A stretch of DNA of 64,000 nt from Batkoa obscura (taxonomy: Eukaryota), in NCBI GenBank assembly GCA_030770535.1, contig JASVEC010000023.1, positions 682,001 to 746,000 on the forward strand, read 5' to 3'. Under the pieces are notes generated by a model. That model saw only the letters and a program-made list of their open reading frames with translations, searched no databases and was not told where the DNA came from. A program made the position numbers and the translations under genes. Positions 41,701-52,628 of this stretch are shown in pieces (positions within the stretch are counted from its first letter, which is position 1; each line of letters opens with the position of its first letter).

Positions 41701-42883
41701 TTGTTTTTCATTCAATTTAAAATAAATGGTTCCTATTCTAGCTTAATACCCAATTAAACACATCCTCATTTTAAAACAATGTAATTGCCTTTTTACTATT
41801 TCAAGCAAATACATACTACTTATTTAGTTTGAGTTGTATATTTTAAATTTCTGTTAGTAAATTGCATGATTTCAAGGATTGTTGTTATTAATTGTTGCAT
41901 TTAGATGTTCTCATTTAATATCATTTATTCCGCCAAATAAATTAATAAATCATATATAAAATGGTTATTATTGAAATCGAACCAAATATAAAATAAAATC
42001 TACCATCAATAAACTCCTTATATAACCCTTGAACTGTCATTTCATATGTAATTATAAACTTCTATTTGTCATCTCTAGGATTTTATTTTGAGTACACTAA
42101 TAAATTCAACTTAATAGTATAACGAAAATAAAGATTTAGTAAATTATCTTAAAACTGTACCTTACAGGTGACATCTGTTTACTGTTCTTTGAATTCTAGC
42201 TAAGCTAATTAATTAACATTTCATGTGCTTTAAAGTAATTCAAAAGGTGCCTTTATTCTTTATATAGAAAGTGCTTAATGCAGAAGTTCTTTTTTTGCAT
42301 ACTAAAGCTAACAAGCATAGTTTTATTAATAGTATATGTTATTAATTACATATCATTGACCTTGGGATCCGTTTAAAATTTAACTTAATTGAAGACTATA
42401 GAGTTTAGGAAATTATAGCTTAATGAAATGTGCGTCGTATTAGTAAAAGTTCAAGAATAAGCTATTAAATTATCCATCAAACTATTTTGCTACATTTAGA
42501 AAGTCCTCAAAAGTAGATGCGACTTTTTTAGTAAGCCAGGGCCAATTAACAGAGCTCAAAAAATGGAATTTGTATCCACGGGTTTAGACAATATTCCATA
42601 ATGAACTTTACCTTTAATTTAGTTATCTAAATATAATTTTATTCGCTCCTTATCAAAATAATTTTAAAAATAATTAAAGAATATTCATAAACAAAGCGTA
42701 AGAAATTAGCAGGATGATTTAATCTATTCAAAAAATAGAAAGCTATTTTAAAAATATATAGAGAATATCAAAGTATATAAACTAAAGAAATTTCCTTAAT
42801 TTTGAAAAGTTTAATACTTATCTCCTTAGACAAATATCCCTTTAATAAATAATATCATAATTTGTGTTTTTGTAAATAATCCA

Positions 42884-43456
42884 ATGTCTATCATTAATAA
42901 CTCTATTCAAAACAAAACTCCTGCTCCTATCGGATATGATATTGTGAGCTATAGCTTAAAATTTAAAAAAGAAAAGCACAACGCTTACTATGCCCCTACT
43001 CCTAACCCAAGCAGAAATGCTACTCCTACCGAAAACGGAATTCTACCACCCATGAATTTTAATAATTATACTCCAGATACAGCTTCTCTTCCATCATTGT
43101 CTGACGTTATTAAACATATAAATAGTTATAACACGTCAAGGACGAGAAGTGAAATATCTAGTAGCGAACTCACAACACCTAAAGATGGTTGCTCATCCAC
43201 CTTTGAAGACTCTATGCATACAAAGAGCGATAGATTAATTATTAATCAAGTAAACAGCACCTTTAGTACGGTAGCTGGATTCCATCAAAAACGTCCACGC
43301 CGACTTTATTCAGAAGTCAAACGTATCTATAAATGTGAGCATCCGGGCTGCACAAAAGCTTATGGCGCTCTAAATCATTTGAATTCACACATCTTAAATC
43401 AAAATCATGGCCAAAAAAGAAAAGCTTGTGAATTTTATCATTTAACTCGCCCCTAG
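42884..43456 (+). CDS. Con7-type C2H2 transcription factor, paralog 5 (ZF5)
   Basis: KRPRRLYSEVKRIYKCEHPGCTKAYGALNHLNSHILNQNHGQKRKACEF; LPPM and LPSLSDVI motifs. Confidence 0.92.
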   Translation: MSIINNSIQNKTPAPIGYDIVSYSLKFKKEKHNAYYAPTPNPSRNATPTENGILPPMNFNNYTPDTASLPSLSDVIKHINSYNTSRTRSEISSSELTTPKDGCSSTFEDSMHTKSDRLIINQVNSTFSTVAGFHQKRPRRLYSEVKRIYKCEHPGCTKAYGALNHLNSHILNQNHGQKRKACEFYHLTRP

Positions 43457-44231
43457 ACATGTAATTTTAGCATTAACTAGATATAGAGGTGGTTTGCTTG
43501 CCGCTTACTTCTGTTTATTTAATAAATTGTATTTTGGTTCTTAAATAGTTAATAATTTTGTATACTTTATGAGTTTTTAAAAAAATAATATTATTATCGG
43601 GTTTTGATCCTCTATAGATAGAATGAATGGTGTAAAACTAAATGTAAAAAAACTATTTATAAAAGAATATATTTAACATGTTCACCTTAATTTGTAATTG
43701 GAGTAAACTATTTTAAAAATTAAAGTTTTTTATTGATATTTACTAAATGTCTAAATTAAGTTTTAAGAAAAATCCTTGTTCTAAAATAACAAATCACAAT
43801 TAACTTTTTCGTTTATTAAAAAATGATTAAGTTACTTCCAAACTAATTTTGAGTTATTTATTTTGTTTCAGGAAATAGCACTTTAGATAATCATTGGTTT
43901 GAACAAAAATTGCCAAATGATATTTGAAAGCATTTAGTATGAGACTGCAAAATTTAAAATAACAATTTAGTAAACTTTATTTCCTTCAGCCCAAATTCAT
44001 GTTTTGATAATGGCTTTAATATTATATAATGATCATGAATGATAAATGTGGCGCTTTTTCAGTAGTAAAATTTTTAAAAAACCGATTTAAGATGCCATTC
44101 TTTTGAATATAAAAAATAATTATCTATAAGTAAGATTCTATTTTAGTAAGATATTAATGCTATGAAGTAAAACCCATATCTTGAATCGGTTAAATTTGTT
44201 AGTTGGTATATTATTTATAAGTGCTTGGATT

Positions 44232-44271
44232 TAAAATTGAGTAAAATTGAGTAAAATTGAGTAAAATTGAG
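44232..44271 (+). repeat. 10-bp tandem repeat (TAAAATTGAG) x4, ~660 bp upstream of ZF6
   Basis: Read directly from the sequence. Confidence 0.9.
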
Positions 44272-44931
44272 ATTATAGTTTTGAAATTAAATAAATTTAG
44301 TTTCTATCAATTTAATTAAAATAAAGTACTATATTGCATAAAGCGAGTCTCTTTTACTCTAGAACCAGTCTCTTAACCGGCAATAAAATTTATATGATAT
44401 CTCGGTCCAATAAATAAAGCCTTACGATCTATAATACAATTCCCCAGATCTATTATAACTCCTTTTTACTAAATGATAAAAGGTTTTTTTTAAAAAAAAA
44501 TACCACCCATCTTTTAAAATATCCTTCGTTTTTTAGTATATATATAGTATGAATACATTTAATACTATTTAAGTATGTTTTAGGGTTTGATAAAAAAATG
44601 GAAATATATTAAAGTAATAAATTAACTGATTTATATGCTAGATATATATATTATATCGATTGCTAATAAATGCTATAAAGTATATTTTTGTTGACCAATA
44701 TATATATTTATATTGAATATCAAAGGATATTAAATAAGCTATAATATATTTCATTATATTAAAGTGGCGTATGTTTAGTTTAATGGTGGTAAAATTTTTA
44801 ATCAAAATAAAATACAATATTTAATTATTTAACGCCAGTGTTTTTTCATACTTTCATTTGCCCCTTACTCGCTCTTTATACAAAATAATAGTATAAATGC
44901 GAATTATGGTAACTCTGATATCAAAATTAAA

Positions 44932-45522
44932 ATGAGTTATTTACTTTTACAAAATCCTTTGGAAAACGATATTTCTTTATGTAACCCTAATACTTCCTCC
45001 TACTACTACTTCAATAATAGTCTTTTACCAGAACCTTCAGATAAATGTAGCTCAAAGAGACCTAGTTTGAGCGAACCATTTGTAAATATCCATCCTCCAT
45101 GGACAAAAAAGCATGATGGTCATTTACTTCCCAGTATTAATGAAATTCTTGGTGATGTAATGAGCAATCAAGACACTAACAAGCCACCAGTTCAATCACA
45201 AAAACTCCCTTCAATCCATTTAGTGCTTGGTGATATTTTATATCAAACTAAGGAAGATATTGAACAAATTAACGTAGTTAACCATGACCAAATATCGTTT
45301 TCTCCAGCTTCAATTCAAGAATTGGATTTCTTTAATATTGGTTCATTTGAAAAAAGACCAAGAAGAAAATCAAGTGAAATTGACAGAAGGTTTAAATGCC
45401 CCTTTGAAAACTGTGATAAAAGCTATGGTGCGCGTAGCCATTTAAAGTCTCATATTAAACTTAAGCATAATACTATTGAGCCATATAAGAAGATGAGTAT
45501 TGCATCAGGTTACCAATACTAA
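44932..45522 (+). CDS. Divergent Con7-type C2H2 transcription factor, paralog 6 (ZF6)
   Basis: KRPRRKSSEIDRRFKCPFENCDKSYGARSHLKSHIKLKH; two LPSIxx[I/V]LGD motifs. Confidence 0.9.
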   Translation: MSYLLLQNPLENDISLCNPNTSSYYYFNNSLLPEPSDKCSSKRPSLSEPFVNIHPPWTKKHDGHLLPSINEILGDVMSNQDTNKPPVQSQKLPSIHLVLGDILYQTKEDIEQINVVNHDQISFSPASIQELDFFNIGSFEKRPRRKSSEIDRRFKCPFENCDKSYGARSHLKSHIKLKHNTIEPYKKMSIASGYQY

Positions 45523-47066
45523 GCTCTATCTTACTGGTTTTTTATTTTTTTATTCTTTTGTTATTTTTTCTAGTCATTAATATAATAAACGTATTCAAAA
45601 GCGGCATGTGTAACTTATTTTATATCTTCAAACGTAAAACTTTTTGTAATTTCCAATTCATATAAATCTAAGCACTAAAGTATTATCTAAATGCTTGAAA
45701 TTAAAATTATACTTTAGATAAGAGTATTATAATTTCTAACTATGATAATAAATATTTAGTAAAATTAATTCGTTAAATTACTGAAGTTCTAAAACAAGTC
45801 ATTATGTGTATGAATACTTGTTGTTTTAAAATTAAATCCTTCTTACCAACTTCTAAGTATATTAACAATACGATCTATTAGTGAAGGATAGCTTACCCCT
45901 ATGATTATAGCTTTGATTTAAATTTAACATATAATAATAAATATACTCTGGCTTAGGGAATCCAGTTTTGAGGGTATCACCCCAAGTGTAAAAAGACAGT
46001 AAGGTTTTATAGGTATATACTTTTTTTAAAAGGAATATAATTATTTACTCTCTGAATTAATTGAGTATATTATATAAAAATATAGCTGATTTATTAAATT
46101 TTGATTTATTTTTAAAACATGATTGATTGTTGTTTTAAAATTACATTTCAAAATATTGTTCCAATCCGAAAATTTACATTCAAATATAACAATTTTAATT
46201 AAAATAGAACTCTTGTTAAATTGAACTTATATCATCCGATAATTATAGCCCACCATGGGCAAAAACTATTGCTCTTGATGAATACTAACATTTAAGGAAA
46301 TTCAAATAACTTTACCAAATAAGGTCATATGACGACTCCACCCAATCAGTTTTGTTCAGGCTATGAGGAATATTATTATCAAAAGCTGATTTTAATAAGG
46401 TTACTTAATAGAATACCTGTTATCCCAACTAATTTTTTGACCAAAACAGCACTCCAACATAGGTGGAAGAACCTTATTTTATTTCGCTTAAAGGAATAAG
46501 GGTATTATTTAACTTAATATATATGCTACTATCTTGTTCATAAATATTGGAACTTTAAATTCATACATTTAATTACTTTCACCTCTGGTTTACTATTCTT
46601 TTATCACTTTTTTAAACATCAAGTATTTTATAAAGTGAAATATGTGTTGGTAGTACTCGGTTTGTTGAACTCAAAAATACGGAATAAAGCTCATAATTCT
46701 ACCACCTGGATATTTATACTGTTTATTCTGGATTTATATTACCAAATAAAAAGTTATTCCAGGTATTTCAAAATTTAATTAGTAGCTTACTTTTATTTCT
46801 ATTTTATAGTTTTAGTATCAAAGTCTAATTTAGATAATATTAACTATGTTTTATCATAGCACACTGTCATTATAACCAATAAAAATATTTGAATATAAGT
46901 TTAATAGATTAAATTACTTTATAGGCAGCCTAACTCAATATAAATTTATGGCATAAGTTATAGAACACACAATAGTTATGGTAATTTTTTTGATGCCATA
47001 CTAATCTAGTTATATTTCCTATGTTAAATCACAATTTTCAAAAAAAACTTTTCTTTTATTTTTATC

Positions 47067-47885
47067 ATGAACCCCAAAAAAACGGATTTAATAAACACAA
47101 ATAACCATCTCAATCAAACTTCAAATGCTTATTATCAGAGTACTCCCTACACTACCTTACCTTATACACAACAGACATATATAAATGACTCATCAGTATC
47201 AAAGAGTCGCTACAAAAATGAGATGAGCTATAGCTCGAGGAATTGTTACTATAATATTCCGCATCAAGGTATGTATAGATCTAATCCAAACCAGCACCCC
47301 ATACCTAATTTATATAGAGAGCCAACGGAGAATGTCAAACTACCACCGTTGAGGGATATTTTATCAGATGTCATTCCAAAGGGAGCATTGACTCCCATGA
47401 GACATAGACTTAATGCCAATGGAACTGGGCCGATTTTTAGGGAGTTGAAACCTTATGAAACAAACAACTTAGACTACAAACATGTGTCTCATAATGAGCA
47501 GATTCATAGAAGATTTAGTTATAATGGTAAGTTGGATTACCAAGGAAACAACTTTAGTCACATTAATCGAGCTGCTCCGATTCAATCCAGAGGGTACGAA
47601 AGAGATCTCTATTACAACAATACACATCTAATCGAATCAAATCCGTTGGGGAAAGGAACTTTAACAACCATAGTTAAGCCTAAGAGGATAAGACGCAAGT
47701 TTGAAGAAATTAACAGGGTATTTGCATGCACTTATAGTAACTGCAAAAAATCTTATGGTACTTTAAATCATCTAAACTCACACATCGTACTTCAAAACCA
47801 TGGGAAAAAAAAAACTCAGGCTGATTTTAGACATCTTCTTGAAAATAAAGATAATGAGCCAGAGCCAAACTCGGCACCAAGTTAG
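47067..47885 (+). CDS. Con7-type C2H2 transcription factor, paralog 7 (ZF7)
   Basis: KRIRRKFEEINRVFACTYSNCKKSYGTLNHLNSHIVLQNHGKKKTQADF; VKLPPLRDIL motif. Confidence 0.92.
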   Translation: MNPKKTDLINTNNHLNQTSNAYYQSTPYTTLPYTQQTYINDSSVSKSRYKNEMSYSSRNCYYNIPHQGMYRSNPNQHPIPNLYREPTENVKLPPLRDILSDVIPKGALTPMRHRLNANGTGPIFRELKPYETNNLDYKHVSHNEQIHRRFSYNGKLDYQGNNFSHINRAAPIQSRGYERDLYYNNTHLIESNPLGKGTLTTIVKPKRIRRKFEEINRVFACTYSNCKKSYGTLNHLNSHIVLQNHGKKKTQADFRHLLENKDNEPEPNSAPS

Positions 47886-48813
47886 TAATACTCACCACTT
47901 CTATTAATGTAACGTAATAAAAATTTTAATTTTTGGTTTATTTTAACAGTTGTGTATTTCTAGGAATAGCAGCCCAGTATTACATTTTCAAGTAAAATAG
48001 CGACGATAATGTTATCTTTTAAAACATTTTTAAATTCTTTTAATATATCAAAAATAATATTTATAGTTCAAATCATTTCTGTATAGTTAAAATAGATCTA
48101 TTTTATTTATGTTAGATTATGTGCGATGTTTTATTATGCAATACGAATTCAACAATTATTTTTATATACATTAAAACATACATATGCCAATTAGATATTC
48201 GAGATATATCGTTTTAGAGAAGATTCATATTGTATAGCTTTAAATAATCTGTGTTCACATTTATGCTATTAGAAATCAAGAAAAAAATTGCTAATTTTAG
48301 CACTTTCCGCGATACAATCAGCTCACTATTTTGTGAATAAGTTTATTTAAGTAATTTTATGAATTTTTGGGTTTTACATTGTAAATAATGTTTAATATTG
48401 ATAATTCCGTGAATAAGTTTATTTAATTGAATATTCTTTTGATTGATTATAATCCATCCAATTATATGATGTATGGACATATAAGAAATGTAAGGTGGTT
48501 TAATATTTATCCATTTCGACATCTGACCAGCTAATATGATTAAAATAAAGTTCTGAATTTTTTTATGAAATCATATCAAACCATTTAAATATGCTGTCAA
48601 AATGGACTCCAAATAATCAAATTATATATTCAATGAACTAGTAAAGAGGTTTTAAAATTTTATATTTAGTGTAGGTATTATTTCCATATAGCAAATGAGT
48701 TGGGCTAATTTATTATAAATACTTGAACATTTTACTTACAAAAGCAATGTGTAAAAGTTAGTCATAATAACTGTTAAATCGAAAATAATATTGATACTCT
48801 AATCTCAATTATA

Positions 48814-48911
48814 TAGAGGTGTTTTTTTGGTTTCATCACTTTTTCCATTTTAAGTACTATTTGAGTGGAAAAGCCATTAGTAAAATTCTTAAACACAAAA
48901 ATGCATCACAA
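48814..48911 (-). mobile_element. MITE copy
   Basis: Matches consensus; TA/TA flanks. Confidence 0.82.
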
Positions 48912-49088
48912 TATAAGATTAATATAGGATAAACAAAAATGGAAGCTTCAACATCAACTTCCAGAAACCCTAATTAATATCAGTTTTATCATATAAAAAA
49001 TTAGTGTTTAAATGGTTGATTTAGATATAAATTTATGTTTACCAATAAAGGGCATATAATTTTATATGATATTAGGGGAATAATAATA

Positions 49089-49184
49089 TGGGGATGTTTT
49101 TTTTGGCTTCATTACTTTTTCCATCTTTTAAGCACTATTTGAGTGAAAAAATGGAAAAAGTAATGAAACTAAAAAACACCATTA
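49089..49184. mobile_element. Rearranged palindromic MITE made of two right-hand ends
   Basis: Minus-orientation half up to GAGTGAAAAA, then the plus-orientation right end ATGGAAAAAGTAATGAAACTAAAAAACACC. Confidence 0.8.
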
Positions 49185-49752
49185 TATGGGGTTGTCCAAA
49201 TTGGTTTCAGAATTTATTTGGAAATTAATCCAAATTTTATTTTTAAATTTGCGTCTGATGTGGCGGTTAAATCTAAAAAGCCTAAATTAAATCTCTTTAT
49301 TTAAAACTTATTTTGATTGTTTCCTTTTCTTGAATAGTTAATTTTTCTAACTATATGTTTTATGTTATTTCTATTAAATGTTCATCAAATATGTAATATA
49401 TGGATATATAATATATAAATACAGTTATTTGAATTTATTTTTTGTTGAAATAAAAATAAAATGCAAACTTCATAACTAAACTTCGAAATGGGATTTTTGA
49501 AAATTTCAATACAATAGAGAGGAGTATACAACATAAACACTGTAATCGGTTTACATCAATTTTAAGGGCTATTTATAGCAACCCAAGGTTTATGGAATTT
49601 TGTAATAAAACAAAACAAAGGAAAGATATATTATCAAAGTTTACCATCGATAATAATAAACTTAATCAAGCAATGTATAAAATTAGTGCTTTAAGGGAAA
49701 CAAGAAATATAAATCAACAAGTAGCGTTATTATTAACTATAGCTTCAGTATA

Positions 49753-49851
49753 TAGGGCTGTTTTTTTTAGTTTCATTATTTCTCTATTTTTTAAGCGCTA
49801 TTTAAGTGGAAAGATTGTAGTAAAATTCTTAAACAAAAAAACACATCCCCA
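49753..49851 (-). mobile_element. MITE copy
   Basis: Matches consensus; TA/TA flanks. Confidence 0.85.
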
Positions 49852-49889
49852 TACTCTTTTGATGAATGTAAAAGTTTTGGGTTTAATAT

Positions 49890-50353
49890 TGTGAAATCTG
49901 GTACTCAGGGTTTAGAGTCAAGAAAAGCTATTGCTGGGTTGGCTACACTATAAGTCGAAAGGTCTTAGTTTATGTGATTAAGATAGACTTGGATTATGAG
50001 GAATAGGACGTAGTAGGCTACAGACTATGTAAAACAAATAGCATAGACAATACTAATGTAAAATCTACGTAAAATACTATTAAGAAAACTTAGTGGCTTT
50101 ATCAAATGTTCGAGATATCAGGGTATAATTCAGTTAAAAAGCCTCGAACTACTATACTCTGTAAACTCTTTTATATTCTAAAAAGTATAAATATCAGAAT
50201 GAGAAGATAATATTCTTTGATACGGAGCTAGAAATTCTCATAACAAATCAAACTAAGAATGTGGGATTGATTTTCTCTGAACTTGAGAACACAACAGCTT
50301 AGGCGATTGTTATACTATAACTAAGCATGGGGCTGACAAAGCGATATTCCACA
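49890..50353 (+). mobile_element. 464-bp solo-LTR-like element, copy A
   Basis: TGTGAAAT...ATTCCACA short terminal inverted repeats, ATAT on both flanks (possible 4-bp TSD), internal GTATAAATA box, no coding capacity; three copies in the window. Confidence 0.7.
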
Positions 50354-50620
50354 ATATTACATCTGCTTTTCCTGCTGTATTTTTGAAATTACTTGGTATA
50401 TATTTAGAAGATGTTGACCTAACTACTGCTTTATCTTTTAAATCATTAAAATATTTACTATCATTATTTTTTTTACTAAACCTTAATGAAATAGTTGAAT
50501 CATTTAGTAAATATTGTATAATAGTTTTAATTTGCTCATCTTTAATTTTTTCTGTATTTTCAATAATAGGCTGTAATGTTGATATTTTATTATTATTGTT
50601 ACTTATCTTTGAATAATCAT
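50354..50620 (-). pseudogene. Unidentified coding relic, truncated by flanking insertions; degenerate paralog at ~51420-51612
   Basis: Stop-free minus frame ...IKTIIQYLLNDSTISLRFSKKNNDSKYFNDLKDKAVVRSTSSKY... aligns with IKIIMYYLFNNPIILSKFN*KVISNKYFNDLKDKEVAKSIFFRY. Confidence 0.45.
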
Positions 50621-50621
50621 A

Positions 50622-50721
50622 TGGGGATGTGTTTTTGTATTTAAGAATTTTACTAACAATTTTTTTATTCGAATAGCGCTTAAAAATGGAAAAAATAATG
50701 AAGTCAAAAAAAACACTCCCA
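50622..50721 (+). mobile_element. MITE copy inside the inverted-repeat spacer
   Basis: Matches consensus; TA/TA flanks. Confidence 0.9.
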
Positions 50722-50740
50722 TATTGATTTTTATTTATAT

Positions 50741-51204
50741 GGTGAAATGTCGCTTTGTCAGCCCCATGCTTAGTTATAGTATAACAATCGCCTAAGCTGT
50801 TGTGTTCTCAAGTTCAGAGAAAATCAATCCCACATTCTTAGTTTGATTTGTTATGAGAATTTCTAGCTCCGTATCAAAGAATATTATCTTCTCATTCTGA
50901 TATTTATACTTTTTAGAATATAAAAGAGTTTACAGAGTATAGTAGTTCGAGGCTTTTTAACTGAATTATACCCTGATATCTCGAACATTTGATAAAGCCA
51001 CTAAGTTTTCTTAATAGTATTTTACGTAGATTTTACATTAGTATTGTCTATGCTATTTGTTTTACATAGTCTGTAGCCTACTACGTCCTATTCCTCATAA
51101 TCCAAGTCTATCTTAATCACATAAACTAAGACCTTTCGACTTATAGTGTAGTCAGCCAGGCAATAGATGTTTTTGATTCCAAACACTGAGTACCGGATTC
51201 CACA
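50741..51204 (-). mobile_element. Solo-LTR-like element, copy B (inverted relative to A)
   Basis: 50750-51151 is the exact reverse complement of 49943-50344 by eye; no TSD seen. Confidence 0.75.
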
Positions 51205-51710
51205 TTTTGTATCTTATCTAAAGTTTAAAATTGTTATGTGGCTTTTATTATTCAATTTTTTTGATAGTTTTGTTAAATATGTTTTTTTAAGTATTGATAA
51301 AAAATTTGTATAAATTATATAAATTTTTGCTTTATTAAAAGGTTTTTTTATCTGTGCTTTATTTTTTGTTTACGTATTTATTTTATTTTCAAACAATGTT
51401 TTTTTAAATTATATATTAAGCATATATATTATGTGAATCTGTTTTTTTTGTCCTACTTTTAAAACTGTCTAATTTATATCTAAAAAATATCGACTTAGCT
51501 ACTTCTTTATCTTTTAAATCATTAAAATATTTATTGGATATTACTTTTTAATTAAATTTTGATAAAATAATTGGATTATTAAACAAATAATACATAATAA
51601 TTTTAATTTTTTTATATTTTTAAATAAGTATTTTTATTTTTATTTTTATTAAATATAAAAGTTTAATGCTCATTAAAAAATATAATTAAGCTATAATTAA
51701 CAATAATCCT

Positions 51711-52109
51711 TATGAAATATCGCTCTGTCAGCCCTATGACTGATCATAACATAACAACCACTTAATTCGTGTTTTCAAGTTCAGGCACAATCAATCCTGA
51801 GCCTTTTATTTTAATTTACTGCGAGAATTTCTAACTTCATTCCAAAGAATATCATCCTATCATTTTGATATCCATACTTGCTGGAGTACAAAAGAGATTC
51901 TTTAACATAATAACTCGAGACTTTTTACCTGAGTTATTCCCTGATACCGTACCTTTAATAAAGTTACTAAATCTTTTTGGTAGTATTGTCTGTTCTATTT
52001 GTCTTACATAGCCGGTAGTATAATACGTGCTATTCTTCATAATTCAAGCCCATGTTAGTTACATAAACTAAGACCTTTTGACTCCAACCCCCAAGTACCA
52101 GATTTCACA
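51711..52109 (-). mobile_element. Solo-LTR-like element, copy C (diverged, internal deletions)
   Basis: Colinear blocks with copy B: TCGCTCTGTCAGCCCTATG, CAAGTTCAG, TCAATCC, GAGAATTTCTA, CCCTGATA, ACATAAACTAAGACCTTT, GTACCAGATTTCACA. Confidence 0.7.
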
Positions 52110-52321
52110 TTAATTGAAAGAACATTAAAAATAAATAAATCGTTTATTATAAAAATTTTTAAATTGGGTAGTTTAATAATATTTTATTAATATTTTTTAT
52201 TTTATTTTAGTCAATACTTTTAAAATATCAAGTAGTTATCAGTATTTTAGCTGGTTTAATTAAATAAATGCTATAACTCAATTTTATAAAATATTGTTTT
52301 ATCAACTTTACAATTATAATA

Positions 52322-52414
52322 TGGGAGTGTTTTTTCGGCTTCATTATTTTTTTCATCTTTTAAGCACTATTTGAATGGAAAACTTGTTAGTAAAATTCTT
52401 AAAATATATCCCCA
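52322..52414 (-). mobile_element. MITE copy
   Basis: Matches consensus with a small deletion; TA/TA flanks. Confidence 0.88.
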
Positions 52415-52529
52415 TACAGTAACTACTTAAATGTTTATAAAGCTAATTAAAATCTTATAGCTAATTTAATTATACCTTATATAACAATTTAATTAGCTTT
52501 AAGTAATTTTGCTATTAAAAGTTACTATA

Positions 52530-52628
52530 TGGGGATATATTTTTGTGTTTAAGAATTTTACTAATAATCTCTCCACTCAGATAGCTCTTAAAAATGGAAA
52601 AAGTAATGAAGCCGAAAAAACACTCCCA
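52530..52628 (+). mobile_element. MITE copy
   Basis: Matches consensus; TA/TA flanks. Confidence 0.9.
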
